Source: a bacterium
GTDB taxonomy: Bacteria; DUMJ01
Assembly (NCBI GenBank): GCA_012839925.1
Contig: DUMJ01000014.1
Coordinates: 12,736 to 76,735, forward strand
Direction of reading: 5' to 3'
DNA length: 64,000 nt
Program-made: the position numbers and the translations under genes
Notes under the pieces: model-generated
Database searches by the model: none
What the model was told of the DNA's origin: nothing
The model's input: only the letters and a program-made list of their open reading frames with translations
Shown here: in pieces, positions 10,501 to 20,152 of the stretch
Numbering within the stretch: position 1 is the first letter of the stretch
Layout of the letters: the number at the start of each line of letters is the position of its first letter

Positions 10501-11606
10501 TGACAATAATTCCCAAACTATATTTCATCGCTGCTGTGATTCTGCTTTTCATATTTCCATCCATCTCTTTTTCTGCTGTTCTCAGTGGAGACCTGGTGAG
10601 TTTTTATCCATCCGTCTGGGAAGTCAGGGGTATAGGATCAGCAAAATGGATGGATAAGGGCTTAATTGTATATGCTGATGGAATTATTGTGGATCTAATT
10701 ACAGGAAATCTGGTGGCTTTCGGAAACGTGATAGTTGAGAGGGATGGTAACAAAGAGAGATATGATATCTTCTATACTAAAGAATTAATTGTGAAAAGCC
10801 ATGGAGAAGCTGTTAACCCGTATATCCTGGCAAAAGAGGTAGAGATTGACTGGAAGAGCACCACTATAACTTTAAAAGATGTCCGGATAACTTCGGATAT
10901 CACATTACCAAGACTGTCCTTCCCATTTGGACCTTACAGCTCAGGTGTTGATTTTTCTCTATCAGAAGAAATCATATCAATAGATACAAGTACTCCTTAT
11001 ATCTCAATTGTAGTCCCTAATAACGGAGGAATATTTACCCAGATCTTAACAAAATCAGGTATGGAGGTCTTCTATGAAAAAGAAGATTACTACCTGCTGG
11101 GTGCCAGGACTTATATGGATACCGAGCCTTCTCTATTTGGAGAGTATACACTCTACTCTTCAGACAAGTCTCTGAGTTTTACTGCAGGATACGATGAAAT
11201 TTTTTATAACACACTTAAAAAAGAGGTGCGAAACGGGTTATGGCTTTATACCGGTATGGTTGAAGTCAACTGGGAAAGTAGTCCAGGACTTACTCTTTCT
11301 CTGTCAGCTACGAATTGGGACAGACTGAGTTTGAAAGGGGAGGTTTATATAGATACTTCCACTGGAAAGATTGATTTTAGTCCTTACATTGGTTACAGAT
11401 TTGATATCTCTAAGGACCTAAACCTGGATATAGCCCTTTCCAAAACAGGGATTGAAAGTCTGAAAGTTGTTTACAAAATCCAGCCAGCTGTTAATCTCAA
11501 GGTTGGCTATATAAATCCCCAGAAATATGTTATTGGTGTAGAGTGGGGGTATCGTGGTATAGATCTGGTGAGTTATGATGGTATTCTGAGTCTTATTCTT
11601 AAATAG
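10500..11606 (+). CDS. hypothetical secreted/outer-membrane protein with OstA(LptA/LptD-N)-like N-terminal motif
   Basis: 368 aa. Signal peptide. LIVYADGIIVDLITGNLVAFGNVIVERDG resembles the OstA jellyroll signature. The C-terminal half is beta-strand rich. ATGA-coupled to the upstream gene. Confidence 0.35.
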   Translation: MTIIPKLYFIAAVILLFIFPSISFSAVLSGDLVSFYPSVWEVRGIGSAKWMDKGLIVYADGIIVDLITGNLVAFGNVIVERDGNKERYDIFYTKELIVKSHGEAVNPYILAKEVEIDWKSTTITLKDVRITSDITLPRLSFPFGPYSSGVDFSLSEEIISIDTSTPYISIVVPNNGGIFTQILTKSGMEVFYEKEDYYLLGARTYMDTEPSLFGEYTLYSSDKSLSFTAGYDEIFYNTLKKEVRNGLWLYTGMVEVNWESSPGLTLSLSATNWDRLSLKGEVYIDTSTGKIDFSPYIGYRFDISKDLNLDIALSKTGIESLKVVYKIQPAVNLKVGYINPQKYVIGVEWGYRGIDLVSYDGILSLILK

Positions 11607-11618
11607 GAGGATGATAGA

Positions 11619-12632
11619 ATGCTCTGTGCATATCTAGATGAAGAGGGCAAGCTTAAATTGGGAGATAGAGATATTCCCGAAGTCAGGGAAGATGAGATAC
11701 TTATAAAAGTTTTAGCCTGCGGGATCTGCGGTACAGATATTCATGTATTCAAAGGTATAAACAAGGGGAAACCCAATATTATACGTGGACATGAGTTCGT
11801 GGGGGAGATTCTAGAGGCTGGAGAAAAAGTAAAAGATTTAAAAATAGGAGATACAGTTATAATAGACCCCAATATACCCTGTATGAGTTGTTATCAGTGC
11901 AGGAATGGCAGGATACATCTCTGTAAAAATCTAACCGCTATAGGGGTTGATATGGATGGTGGTTTTGCCGAGTACTGTGTGGTACCATTAAAACAGGTTT
12001 ATAAACTACCGTCCAATATAGAACCTGTTGTTGGAGCTTTAGCAGAGCCACTTGCCTGTGCAATCCATGGTATAGACAGGGTGGGGATAAAAGAAGGGGA
12101 AGATGTACTTATAATTGGGGGGGGTGCTTTGGGTCTTATACTCACCCAGTTATCAGTGAATGCCGGTGCGGGTAAAGTTTTCGTCAGTGAACCGTATAAA
12201 GAAAAGAGAGATTTGGCACTGGGATTTGGAGCGAGCAGAGTGATAGACCCTGGATCTGAAGATTTAATAGATGTTATCAGAGAAGAAACTAATAGAAGAG
12301 GGGTAGATGTAGCTATCGAAGCTGTGGGGTCAGGGAAGACTATTCTTCAGGCTATCAATGCGGCAAGTGATGGTGGCAGGATTTTATTCTTTGGAGTTGC
12401 CCCTGAAGATATGTTAATAGAGATATCACCTTTCGAGGTTTACAGGAGAGAACTTACTTTACTGGGTTCATTTGTAAATCCTTTTACAATGGACAGGGCT
12501 GTCTCTCTTATCTCCAGCAGAAGGGTAAATTTATACCCGTTAATAAGTGAGATCGTTCCATTGAAGGATATGGAAAAGGGGATAGATATAGCCAGCTCTG
12601 GTAGAGCTATAAGAGTTCTGGTAAAACCTTAA
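11619..12632 (+). CDS. zinc-dependent alcohol dehydrogenase (MDR family, threonine/sorbitol dehydrogenase-like)
   Basis: Catalytic zinc motifs GICGTDIH and GHEFVGE. Structural zinc CxxCxxC. Rossmann GGGALG. Confidence 0.75.
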   Translation: MLCAYLDEEGKLKLGDRDIPEVREDEILIKVLACGICGTDIHVFKGINKGKPNIIRGHEFVGEILEAGEKVKDLKIGDTVIIDPNIPCMSCYQCRNGRIHLCKNLTAIGVDMDGGFAEYCVVPLKQVYKLPSNIEPVVGALAEPLACAIHGIDRVGIKEGEDVLIIGGGALGLILTQLSVNAGAGKVFVSEPYKEKRDLALGFGASRVIDPGSEDLIDVIREETNRRGVDVAIEAVGSGKTILQAINAASDGGRILFFGVAPEDMLIEISPFEVYRRELTLLGSFVNPFTMDRAVSLISSRRVNLYPLISEIVPLKDMEKGIDIASSGRAIRVLVKP

Positions 12633-12643
12633 CCTGTCAATAG

Positions 12644-13044
12644 TCTGTGAAGATGTCAGGGGAAGGAAATGAAATATATGATATTAATCTGTATCCCGTA
12701 GGGGCAATTCATGAATTGCCCCTACAATTTCGTCTTTTATAATAAAAACACCATGCCTTTATCCTTCCTCCCCCATCTCGGGGAATCAACCTTTTTCTTC
12801 CTCCCCCATCTCGGGGAATCAACCTTTTTCTTCCTCCCCCATCTCGGGGAATCAACCTTTTTCTTCCTCCCCCATCTCGGGGGAGGATAGAGGTGGGGGC
12901 ATCCTTCTCTCTTTCACCCTCACCCCTGCCCTCTCCCATCAAGGGAGAGGGAGAAAGAAGAACTTCCGTCGAGAGGGAGAAAGGGAAGTCCGTCAAGGGA
13001 GAGGGGAATAGGTCAGAACTATTTACCCATGACAATATCACAGA
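12644..13044. repeat. MITE-like intergenic repeat element, copy A (imperfect terminal inverted repeats; internal hairpin; internal tandem repeats)
   Basis: The 5' ~100 bp and the 3' ~23 bp are near-identical to 37915-38103. The 5' end TCTGTGAAGATGTCAGGGG matches the reverse complement of the 3' end (TCTGTGATATTGTCATGGG). It contains the 28-bp perfect palindrome GTAGGGGCAATTCATGAATTGCCCCTAC. Confidence 0.5.
12765..12884. repeat. 33-bp direct tandem repeat, 3.6 copies (ttcctcccccatctcggggaatcaacctttttc)
   Basis: Three perfect 33-bp units at 12765-12797, 12798-12830 and 12831-12863, plus a 20-bp partial unit. There is no spacer between units. Confidence 0.8.
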
Positions 13045-13097
13045 ACGATAACAATAACCTTGAAAATTCTACATTTATATGTTAAGCTCATTAGATA

Positions 13098-13694
13098 ATG
13101 AGGCTTGATATTTTGAACGTATTACTGAGTATACCGGCAATTCTGATAGCTATAACATTTCATGAGTACTCTCATGGGTGGATGGCGTATAAATTGGGTG
13201 ATCCTACCCCAAAGGCTTATGGCAGGCTGACGTTAAACCCGCTTGCCCATCTTGACCCTATTGGTACCATAATGCTTTTAATATTTAGATTTGGGTGGGC
13301 CAAGCCAGTTCCTATAAATCCTTATAATTTCAGTAACTATAGGAGAGATACGGTACTGGTATCTTTAGCTGGTCCATCTGCTAATTTTCTTCTGGCTGTA
13401 CTGTTTGCCGTGGTAGCCCGTTTGATCACTCCATTATATATTCTCCCCTTGAATATATTTATATATATGGGAATCTACATAAATATTGCTCTGGCTATCT
13501 TTAACCTCATACCTATCCCGCCCTTGGATGGTTCCAGACTGTTACTTCTATTTTTACCTGATAGATATATGTATGTTATGGATTTTCTTGAGCATTACGG
13601 ATTTATATTTATAACGATACTGATAGTCTTTTCTAATTTTGTAGGTGCAGTAGTTTCTCCAATTGTAAACTGGTTATTCAATATATTTGTTTAG
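13098..13694 (+). CDS. site-2 protease family (peptidase M50) membrane metalloprotease
   Basis: HEYSHG (HExxH) in the first TM region. LDG motif (PPLDGS) in a later TM. 198 aa polytopic protein. Confidence 0.6.
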   Translation: MRLDILNVLLSIPAILIAITFHEYSHGWMAYKLGDPTPKAYGRLTLNPLAHLDPIGTIMLLIFRFGWAKPVPINPYNFSNYRRDTVLVSLAGPSANFLLAVLFAVVARLITPLYILPLNIFIYMGIYINIALAIFNLIPIPPLDGSRLLLLFLPDRYMYVMDFLEHYGFIFITILIVFSNFVGAVVSPIVNWLFNIFV

Positions 13695-13714
13695 GATCGG
13701 AGGCTTAATAAGAT

Positions 13715-14707
13715 ATGGAGAGAATCTTAAGTGGTATAAGACCAACAGGAAAGATGCATCTGGGAAATTATTTTGGAGCAGCGATAAACTGGGTAAAGCT
13801 GCAGGACGAATATGAATGTTACTTCCCCATAGTAGATTGGCACGCTCTCACAACGAGATATGAGGATGTATCTACACTATCACAGGATGTATGGGATTTA
13901 ATTCTTGACCTTCTAAGCATAGGAATAGATCCAGAGAGAAGTGCTTTATTCATACAATCGTTCTCTCCTGACCATGCAGAACTTCATATCCTGCTCTCTA
14001 TGATTACCCCTATAAGCTGGTTAGAGAGAAACCCTACACTGAAAGATATGACCAGAAATATCGATGTAAGAGAGGGTATGAACTATGGACTATTAGGATA
14101 TCCGGTCCTTATGGCTGCCGACATCTTGGTATATAAGGCAACAGTAGTTCCTGTAGGTGCAGACCAGATCCCTCATTTAGAGCTGGCAAGAGAGATAGCT
14201 AGAAGATTTAACTATCTCTACGGTGAAGTATTCCCTGAACCTGCGGCTAAGCTTACAGAGGGGGCGGTATTTCCCGGGATTGATGGAAGAAAGATGAGTA
14301 AGAGTTATAATAATTATATCGGGGTAACTGAGGACCCGGAGAGCATCAGGGAAAAAGTTATGGCAACAGTTACAGACCCGCAGAAGATTAGACTTAAAGA
14401 TAAAGGACACCCGGAGGTATGCAATATATTTACCTTCCATAAGTTCTTTACCAGCGAGATAGATATAGTTGAGAAAGAATGCAGGAATGGAGATAGGGGG
14501 TGTGTTGCCTGTAAGAATCAGCTCTACAATAATCTAATTAATTATTTTTCCCCGATAAGGGAGAAGAGGAATTACCTGCAGGCGAACCTGGAATTAGTAA
14601 AGGATATAGTTAGAAATGGACAGGAAAAAGCCAGAAAGGTGTCTTCTGCTACAATAGCTGAGGTGAGAGAACATATGGGGATGTCGTACGGCTTCAGAAA
14701 TACCTAG
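13715..14707 (+). CDS. trpS: tryptophan--tRNA ligase
   Basis: HIGH-type motif GKMHLGNY, KMSKS motif. 330 aa class I aaRS. Confidence 0.9.
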   Translation: MERILSGIRPTGKMHLGNYFGAAINWVKLQDEYECYFPIVDWHALTTRYEDVSTLSQDVWDLILDLLSIGIDPERSALFIQSFSPDHAELHILLSMITPISWLERNPTLKDMTRNIDVREGMNYGLLGYPVLMAADILVYKATVVPVGADQIPHLELAREIARRFNYLYGEVFPEPAAKLTEGAVFPGIDGRKMSKSYNNYIGVTEDPESIREKVMATVTDPQKIRLKDKGHPEVCNIFTFHKFFTSEIDIVEKECRNGDRGCVACKNQLYNNLINYFSPIREKRNYLQANLELVKDIVRNGQEKARKVSSATIAEVREHMGMSYGFRNT

Positions 14708-15381
14708 CCAGCTGTGGTATAGCATCGAGAAGAAAAGCAGAAGAGCTGATAAGAACCGGAAGAGTAAGGGTTAATGGTGTTATCTCCAGGATAGGAGATA
14801 AGGTAGACATAAGTAGTAATGTGGTTGAGCTTGATGGGGTTATCCTCAGACCGAAAGAGAAGGAGTACTTTCTGATAAATAAACCTAAGGGTTCTATAAC
14901 CACTCTTTATGACCCTCAGGGGAGAATTACCGTGATGGATTTTTTAAAAAGAAAAGACCTGTTTCCGGTAGGGAGACTGGATAAAGATACCAGAGGACTG
15001 CTTATAATTACAAATGACGGAGAATTAGCTAATAGAATACTCCATCCCAGATATGAGGTGGAGAGAAGATATCTAGTAACTGTTAGAGGAAGGATAGATA
15101 AAGAAAGGATAGATATTCTTTTGCAGGGGATAAATCTTGATGATGGACCTGCCAGGTTTGATGATATTAGGCTGGTAAAACTGGAGAGTGATAGGAGTAT
15201 ATTGGAAGTATCTCTCCATGAGGGGAGAAAGAGATTGATCAGAAGGATCTTTTGTACTATTGGTAACCCTGTACTGGACCTGGTCAGAGTGAAATTTGGA
15301 CCTGTAGAGCTAGGAGATTTGAAGGAGGGGAAGATAAGACCCCTCACAAAAGGAGAGATAGAAAGTTTAAAATGTCTTTAA
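14686..15381 (+). CDS. RluB/RsuA-family pseudouridine synthase (S4 domain + catalytic domain); start codon uncertain
   Basis: The catalytic motif (RLDKDTRGLL region) lies in the frame that opens at 14662. The S4 domain (RLQKYLASCGIASRRKAEELI) is encoded at 14689-14800, upstream of the first canonical start (GTG at 14821). There is no ATG, GTG or TTG in frame between 14662 and 14821. Confidence 0.65.
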   Translation, partial: VRLQKYLASCGIASRRKAEELIRTGRVRVNGVISRIGDKVDISSNVVELDGVILRPKEKEYFLINKPKGSITTLYDPQGRITVMDFLKRKDLFPVGRLDKDTRGLLIITNDGELANRILHPRYEVERRYLVTVRGRIDKERIDILLQGINLDDGPARFDDIRLVKLESDRSILEVSLHEGRKRLIRRIFCTIGNPVLDLVRVKFGPVELGDLKEGKIRPLTKGEIESLKCL

Positions 15382-16064
15382 TAAATATCGCTTTAGATGG
15401 ACCTGCCGGATCAGGGAAGAGTACGGTAGGGAAGATAGTATCTCTCAGGTTATCCTATGATTATCTGGACACCGGGATGATATACAGAGGGATAGCCTGG
15501 TGGCTCTCTGCTATGGGATGGGAAGAGAGTATTGATATCACTGGGCTCATATCAAATCTGGAGATTATATCTTGGATCGAACCTGGATTTTGCAGGATAA
15601 TTATAAATGGTATAGAACCACCATCAGATAAACTCTATTCGAGAGAAATATCCGACCTTTCTTCTAAAATCTCGGCCTATGGAGAGATAAGGGATATAGT
15701 AAATAAAGTAATCAAAATACTAGCAGGGGAGAAAGGAACCGTGGTTGAGGGAAGAGATATAGGGAGTGTAGTTCTTCCCCAGGCAGAGGTGAAGATTTTC
15801 CTTACCGCTTCAAACGAAGAACTGGCACGACGGAGATATATGGACTTTCAGAAGATGGGTGAAACAGTTTCTTACGAGACTGTTCTGGCAGAGATAGTGG
15901 GGAGAAATATCAGGGATAGCAATAGAGAGATAGCCCCTCTTAAGATGGCATCAGATGCTATACATATAGATTCTACTAATCTGAAGATACAGGAAGTAGT
16001 GGATAAAATATTAACTATAGTTAATGATAGATTGTCAAGATGTTTTACTGGTTTGCCTGGATAA
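15372..16064 (+). CDS. cmk: cytidylate kinase
   Basis: P-loop GPAGSGKST. CMP-binding region. 230 aa. Confidence 0.85.
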   Translation: MSLINIALDGPAGSGKSTVGKIVSLRLSYDYLDTGMIYRGIAWWLSAMGWEESIDITGLISNLEIISWIEPGFCRIIINGIEPPSDKLYSREISDLSSKISAYGEIRDIVNKVIKILAGEKGTVVEGRDIGSVVLPQAEVKIFLTASNEELARRRYMDFQKMGETVSYETVLAEIVGRNIRDSNREIAPLKMASDAIHIDSTNLKIQEVVDKILTIVNDRLSRCFTGLPG

Positions 16065-16618
16065 TACTCAGAACCTTTTTAACCTTGTTTTGCAGGTACA
16101 GAATAGAGGGGCTAGAAAATGTTCCCAGGTCAGGGAGGGTTATTCTGGTAGCCAATCACAGAGCTATGATAGACCCTATAGTTATAGGTTGTGGTATACA
16201 CTTTCGCAGGACATACTTTATGGCTAAGGAGGAATTATTCAGGTTTAAGCCTTTTGCCTTTATCATCAGTTCTTTAGGGGCATTCCCTGTGAGAAGAAGT
16301 AAAGTTGATAGAAGTGCTCTGCGTATAGCAGAGAATCTACTTAAAGAAGAGAGATTAATCTTGATATTTGGGGAAGGAACCAGGAATAAGGATTTCTCCA
16401 GGGTCCTTGGAGAACTTCACTCTGGATTTGTTTTTCTGGCAACGAGGACAGGAGCTCCTGTAGTTCCTGTATACACATTTAATACCCATCAGATATTCAA
16501 GAGTTTTTTACGATGGCCAAAGGTAATTATAAGGTTTGGGAAACCAATAGTGGGAAGCGAGGATTTGCTTGAGAGAACCAGGACTGCGTTGACTGAATTG
16601 GGGATGAGAGGAGAATAG
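16040..16618 (+). CDS. plsC: 1-acyl-sn-glycerol-3-phosphate acyltransferase
   Basis: NHxxxxD motif (ANHRAMIDP) and FPEGTR-like FGEGTRN. Confidence 0.75.
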   Translation: MFYWFAWIILRTFLTLFCRYRIEGLENVPRSGRVILVANHRAMIDPIVIGCGIHFRRTYFMAKEELFRFKPFAFIISSLGAFPVRRSKVDRSALRIAENLLKEERLILIFGEGTRNKDFSRVLGELHSGFVFLATRTGAPVVPVYTFNTHQIFKSFLRWPKVIIRFGKPIVGSEDLLERTRTALTELGMRGE

Positions 16619-18415
16619 ATGAATCTTTCCAGTATCAGAAACTTCAGTATAATAGCACATATAGACCATGGGAAATCTACCCTGGCTGATAGACTTCTGG
16701 AAAAGACTAACTCTATGCCAAAGAAGAAGATGGCAGAAGAACAGGTCCTTGATCAGATGGACCTTGAGAGAGAGAGGGGCATCACTATAAAATCCCATCC
16801 GGTAAGGATGTACTACATACTGAACGATAGAGAGTATGAGCTACATCTCATAGATACGCCGGGACATGTGGACTTTTCTTATGAGGTATCGAGGAGTCTG
16901 GCTGCCTGTGAGGGTGCTCTACTGGTGGTTGATGCCACTCAGGGGATAGAAGCACAGACCCTCGCCAACTATAACCTGGCTTTAGAGAACGGGTTAGTTC
17001 TGATCCCTGTTATAAATAAAATAGACCTGCCAGGGTCTGAGATAGAAAGAGTCAAGATGCAGCTTATAGATACACTGGGGTTTTCAGAAGATGAAATACT
17101 TCTGGTAAGTGCCAAAGAAGGCATCGGAATAGATAAATTACTGGAGGCTATTATAACAAGAATTCCTCCACCCAGGGGGAGCACAGAGAAGAGTCTAGAG
17201 GCATTAATATTTGACGCCTATTTTGATTCCTATAGAGGGGTGGTGGTATATACCAGAATATTTAATGGAAGTGTGAGGAAGGGAACAAAGATTATGATGA
17301 TGTCTAACAGGGGAGTTTATGAGGTGGATGAGGTTGGATACTTTTCCTTTGGCTTACATCCTACCGAGACATTGGATGTTGGAGAAGTTGGTTATATAAT
17401 TGCCAATATAAAAAATGTGAAGGATGCCCAGGTTGGAGATACAATAACAGATGCAGATTCTCCGGTAGAACATCCGTTACCTGGCTTTAAGAGAATAAAA
17501 CCTATGGTATTCTGTGGATTATTTCCTCAAGAATCGAATGGTTATCAGGATCTCAGGGATAGTCTGGAAAAATTACAGCTGAATGACCCAGCACTGGTGT
17601 TTGAGCCTGAAAATTCGGAGGCATTGGGTCCAGGTTTTAGATGTGGTTTTCTTGGAACCCTCCATATGGAAATAGTTGAAGAAAGATTAGAGAGAGAATA
17701 TGGGGTTAAACTTGTAGCTACCGCTCCCAATGTTGTATATAAGGTTTATACTAAAGATGGAAGGCTCATAGAAATAAATAATCCATCCCAATTTCCATAT
17801 TATAGTGAGGTAGAAAAGGTGGAGGAACCCTATGTCAGGGTATCCATTATAAGTCCATCTGAGTTTATAGGACCTGTAATGGAACTGTGTCTTGGTAAGA
17901 GAGGGGTCTTGATCGATATGAACTATATAGACCCTATTAAAGTGGTATTTACGTATGAACTCCCATTAAGTGAAGTTATGTTTGATTTCTTTGATAAACT
18001 TAAATCAGTAACCCGTGGATACGCCTCTCTGGATTATGAACCCATCGGTTTCAGGGAATCCGACCTTGTCAAGTTGGACATACTGGTAAAGGGTGAGCCT
18101 GTAGATGCGTTGAGTATTATTGTTCATAGAGATGAGAGTGAGAAGAGAGCCAGGGAGATAGTTAAGAAATTAAGAGCACTTATACCCCGTCAGCTTTTTG
18201 AAATTCCTATTCAGGCTTCGGTGAATGGAAAGATTATTGCCAGAGAAAATATTCCACCTATAAAGAAGAATGTCCTGCAGAAATGTTACGGTGGAGACGT
18301 AACCAGAAAGAAAAAATTACTTGAGAAACAGAAAGAAGGGAAAAAGAGGCTAAAGCAGATAGGTCAGGTGGAAGTTCCTCAGGAGGCTTTCCTGGCTATT
18401 CTTAAGAGTGAATGA
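16619..18415 (+). CDS. lepA: elongation factor 4
   Basis: G1 [21 protein letters not shown]. 598 aa with the LepA C-terminal domain. Confidence 0.9.
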   Translation: MNLSSIRNFSIIAHIDHGKSTLADRLLEKTNSMPKKKMAEEQVLDQMDLERERGITIKSHPVRMYYILNDREYELHLIDTPGHVDFSYEVSRSLAACEGALLVVDATQGIEAQTLANYNLALENGLVLIPVINKIDLPGSEIERVKMQLIDTLGFSEDEILLVSAKEGIGIDKLLEAIITRIPPPRGSTEKSLEALIFDAYFDSYRGVVVYTRIFNGSVRKGTKIMMMSNRGVYEVDEVGYFSFGLHPTETLDVGEVGYIIANIKNVKDAQVGDTITDADSPVEHPLPGFKRIKPMVFCGLFPQESNGYQDLRDSLEKLQLNDPALVFEPENSEALGPGFRCGFLGTLHMEIVEERLEREYGVKLVATAPNVVYKVYTKDGRLIEINNPSQFPYYSEVEKVEEPYVRVSIISPSEFIGPVMELCLGKRGVLIDMNYIDPIKVVFTYELPLSEVMFDFFDKLKSVTRGYASLDYEPIGFRESDLVKLDILVKGEPVDALSIIVHRDESEKRAREIVKKLRALIPRQLFEIPIQASVNGKIIARENIPPIKKNVLQKCYGGDVTRKKKLLEKQKEGKKRLKQIGQVEVPQEAFLAILKSE

Positions 18416-19535
18416 GATAGCTCTTTATGTTCACATTCCGTTCTGTATAAAGAAATGTTTTTACTGTGATTTTAATTCTTTCAGATTCGATATATCTCTT
18501 TTTCATCGGTACAGGTCTGCTCTTATGAAAGAGATCGAATTGTATTCTAATAAAAATTATATTATAGAGTCAATCTATATTGGTGGAGGAACACCAAGCA
18601 TCTTTCCCGCAGAAGATATCGAGGAGATAATCAATGCTCTATCCTCTTCAGGAGAAGTAAAAGATGATATTGAGTTCACGATTGAGGTAAATCCTGGCAC
18701 GATAGACAGAGAAAAGTTAGAGAGGTACAGAGCTCTGGGGATAAATAGAGTAAGTATCGGAGTACAAACTCTCAGGAGAGAAGAGTTAACTACTCTTGGT
18801 AGAATTCATACTTCAGAAGAGGCTTTATGCTCTATTCAGCTGGCTAAAGATGCGGGCTTTACAAATATAAATGTCGATTTAATCTATGGAATACCGGGGC
18901 AGACACTGGAAAGTTGGAAGGATACTTTGAAGAGGGTCCTGGATCTGGATATTACTCATATATCAATATATGGATTGATGTATGAGCCTGGAACTCCTCT
19001 TTATAAATCCTTGATAAGGGGAGAAGTCAGTCCCATCCCTGAGGATACAGAGGTGGAGATGTTCAATATAACACAGGACATATTAAGAGATTATAGCTTT
19101 TTCTGGTATGAGCTCTCAAACTATGCCAGAGAAGATTATGAATGCAGACATAATATAACATACTGGGAAGGGAAAGATTATCTTGGGATTGGTTCTTCAT
19201 CTCATTCTCTTATAGAGAACACAAGATATTCGAATACGCCGAATATAGAAGCTTATATAGAAATACTGAGCAAGAATAAAACTCCCAGAGTATGGATAGA
19301 AAAACTTACCCCCTTGGAGAGAGCCAGAGAGCTTATTATGCTTGGACTGAGGATGAAAAGAGGTGTATCTCTGAGTAATATATTTAATCGGACAGGGGTG
19401 GATGTAAAAGAGATATTTGCTAAAAACATTGAGAAGCTTATCTCTTTGGGACTTGTTAATTATGATGGGGATCGGCTAACTCTGACCGAGTATGGCAGAC
19501 TTCTGGGTAATGAGGTCTTTGTGGAGTTTTGCTGA
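18408..19535 (+). CDS. hemW: radical SAM heme chaperone HemW (coproporphyrinogen III oxidase-like)
   Basis: CxxxCxxC radical-SAM cluster motif ([10 protein letters not shown]) and the HemN_C-like tail. 375 aa. Confidence 0.8.
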   Translation: MNEIALYVHIPFCIKKCFYCDFNSFRFDISLFHRYRSALMKEIELYSNKNYIIESIYIGGGTPSIFPAEDIEEIINALSSSGEVKDDIEFTIEVNPGTIDREKLERYRALGINRVSIGVQTLRREELTTLGRIHTSEEALCSIQLAKDAGFTNINVDLIYGIPGQTLESWKDTLKRVLDLDITHISIYGLMYEPGTPLYKSLIRGEVSPIPEDTEVEMFNITQDILRDYSFFWYELSNYAREDYECRHNITYWEGKDYLGIGSSSHSLIENTRYSNTPNIEAYIEILSKNKTPRVWIEKLTPLERARELIMLGLRMKRGVSLSNIFNRTGVDVKEIFAKNIEKLISLGLVNYDGDRLTLTEYGRLLGNEVFVEFC

Positions 19536-19538
19536 CTA

Positions 19539-19587
19539 TAATGTAGTATAATACTTTTTATCATAAAGATTTTAAGGAGGAAGATAG
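19539..19587 (+). promoter_or_regulatory. putative promoter and RBS for HD-domain gene (two TATAAT boxes, AGGAGG SD)
   Basis: ctataatgtagtataatac...taaggaggaagatag then ATG. The -35 box is not obvious. Confidence 0.3.
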
Positions 19588-20139
19588 ATGATAGATAGGG
19601 AATATGCTCTTAGTTTGCTGGATAGATATGTAAAATCGGATAATCTAAAGAAACATATGCTTGCAACAGAAGCGATAATGAGGGCTCTTGCTGAAAAATT
19701 TAATCAGGATGAGGATCTGTGGGGGATTGCTGGACTTGTCCATGACATAGACTACGAATTATGTGGTGAGGATACGTCCCAACATGGTGTACTGGCGGTA
19801 GATATTCTCAAAGAGGCAGGCTTTCCTGAAGAAATCATAGAGGCAGTTAAAATGCATACAAAAGGGGTGGAGGTTGATGACAACCCCATGTATATAGCTA
19901 TATGTGCAGCAGATGCGGTGAATGGACTTATAACCGCCGGGGCTTTAATTAAACCTGAGAAGAGTCTAAATGCGATAGATACAAAGTTTATAATGAAAAG
20001 ATTCAAGGAAAAAGCTTTTGCCAAAGGGGCTAACAGAGAAGAGATAAAATTATGTGAGAAGTTAGGTCTCAGCCTGGAGGAGTTTATAACGATATCTCTT
20101 TCTGCCATGCAAAAAATACATGAAGATTTGGGTCTATAA
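19588..20139 (+). CDS. HD-domain phosphohydrolase
   Basis: H...HD metal-binding pattern (HMLATEA ... GLVHDIDYE). 183 aa. Confidence 0.6.
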   Translation: MIDREYALSLLDRYVKSDNLKKHMLATEAIMRALAEKFNQDEDLWGIAGLVHDIDYELCGEDTSQHGVLAVDILKEAGFPEEIIEAVKMHTKGVEVDDNPMYIAICAADAVNGLITAGALIKPEKSLNAIDTKFIMKRFKEKAFAKGANREEIKLCEKLGLSLEEFITISLSAMQKIHEDLGL

Positions 20140-20152
20140 GGAGGAATAGAGT

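Noticed and set aside
12765-12884. Possible CRISPR array (33-bp repeats)
   Set aside because: The units are contiguous with no spacers between them. This is a simple tandem repeat, not a repeat-spacer array. No cas genes are adjacent.
12709-13041. 110-aa minus-strand ORF with (IPRDGGGRKRL)x4 repeats
   Set aside because: The ORF is created by the tandem DNA repeat and the polypurine tract inside the MITE-like element. It has no SD and its composition is repeat-driven. Most likely non-coding.
12633-13097. tRNA or other structured RNA gene in the two long intergenic regions (also 37822-38170)
   Set aside because: No cloverleaf-compatible sequence (no GTTC-type T-arm or acceptor pairing) was found by eye. 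The regions are explained by the MITE-like repeats plus promoters. A covariance-model scan would be needed to fully exclude small ncRNAs.
16024-16227. 67-aa ORF overlapping the cmk/plsC junction
   Set aside because: It is entirely embedded in the plsC coding region in another frame and has no SD. A frame-shadow ORF.
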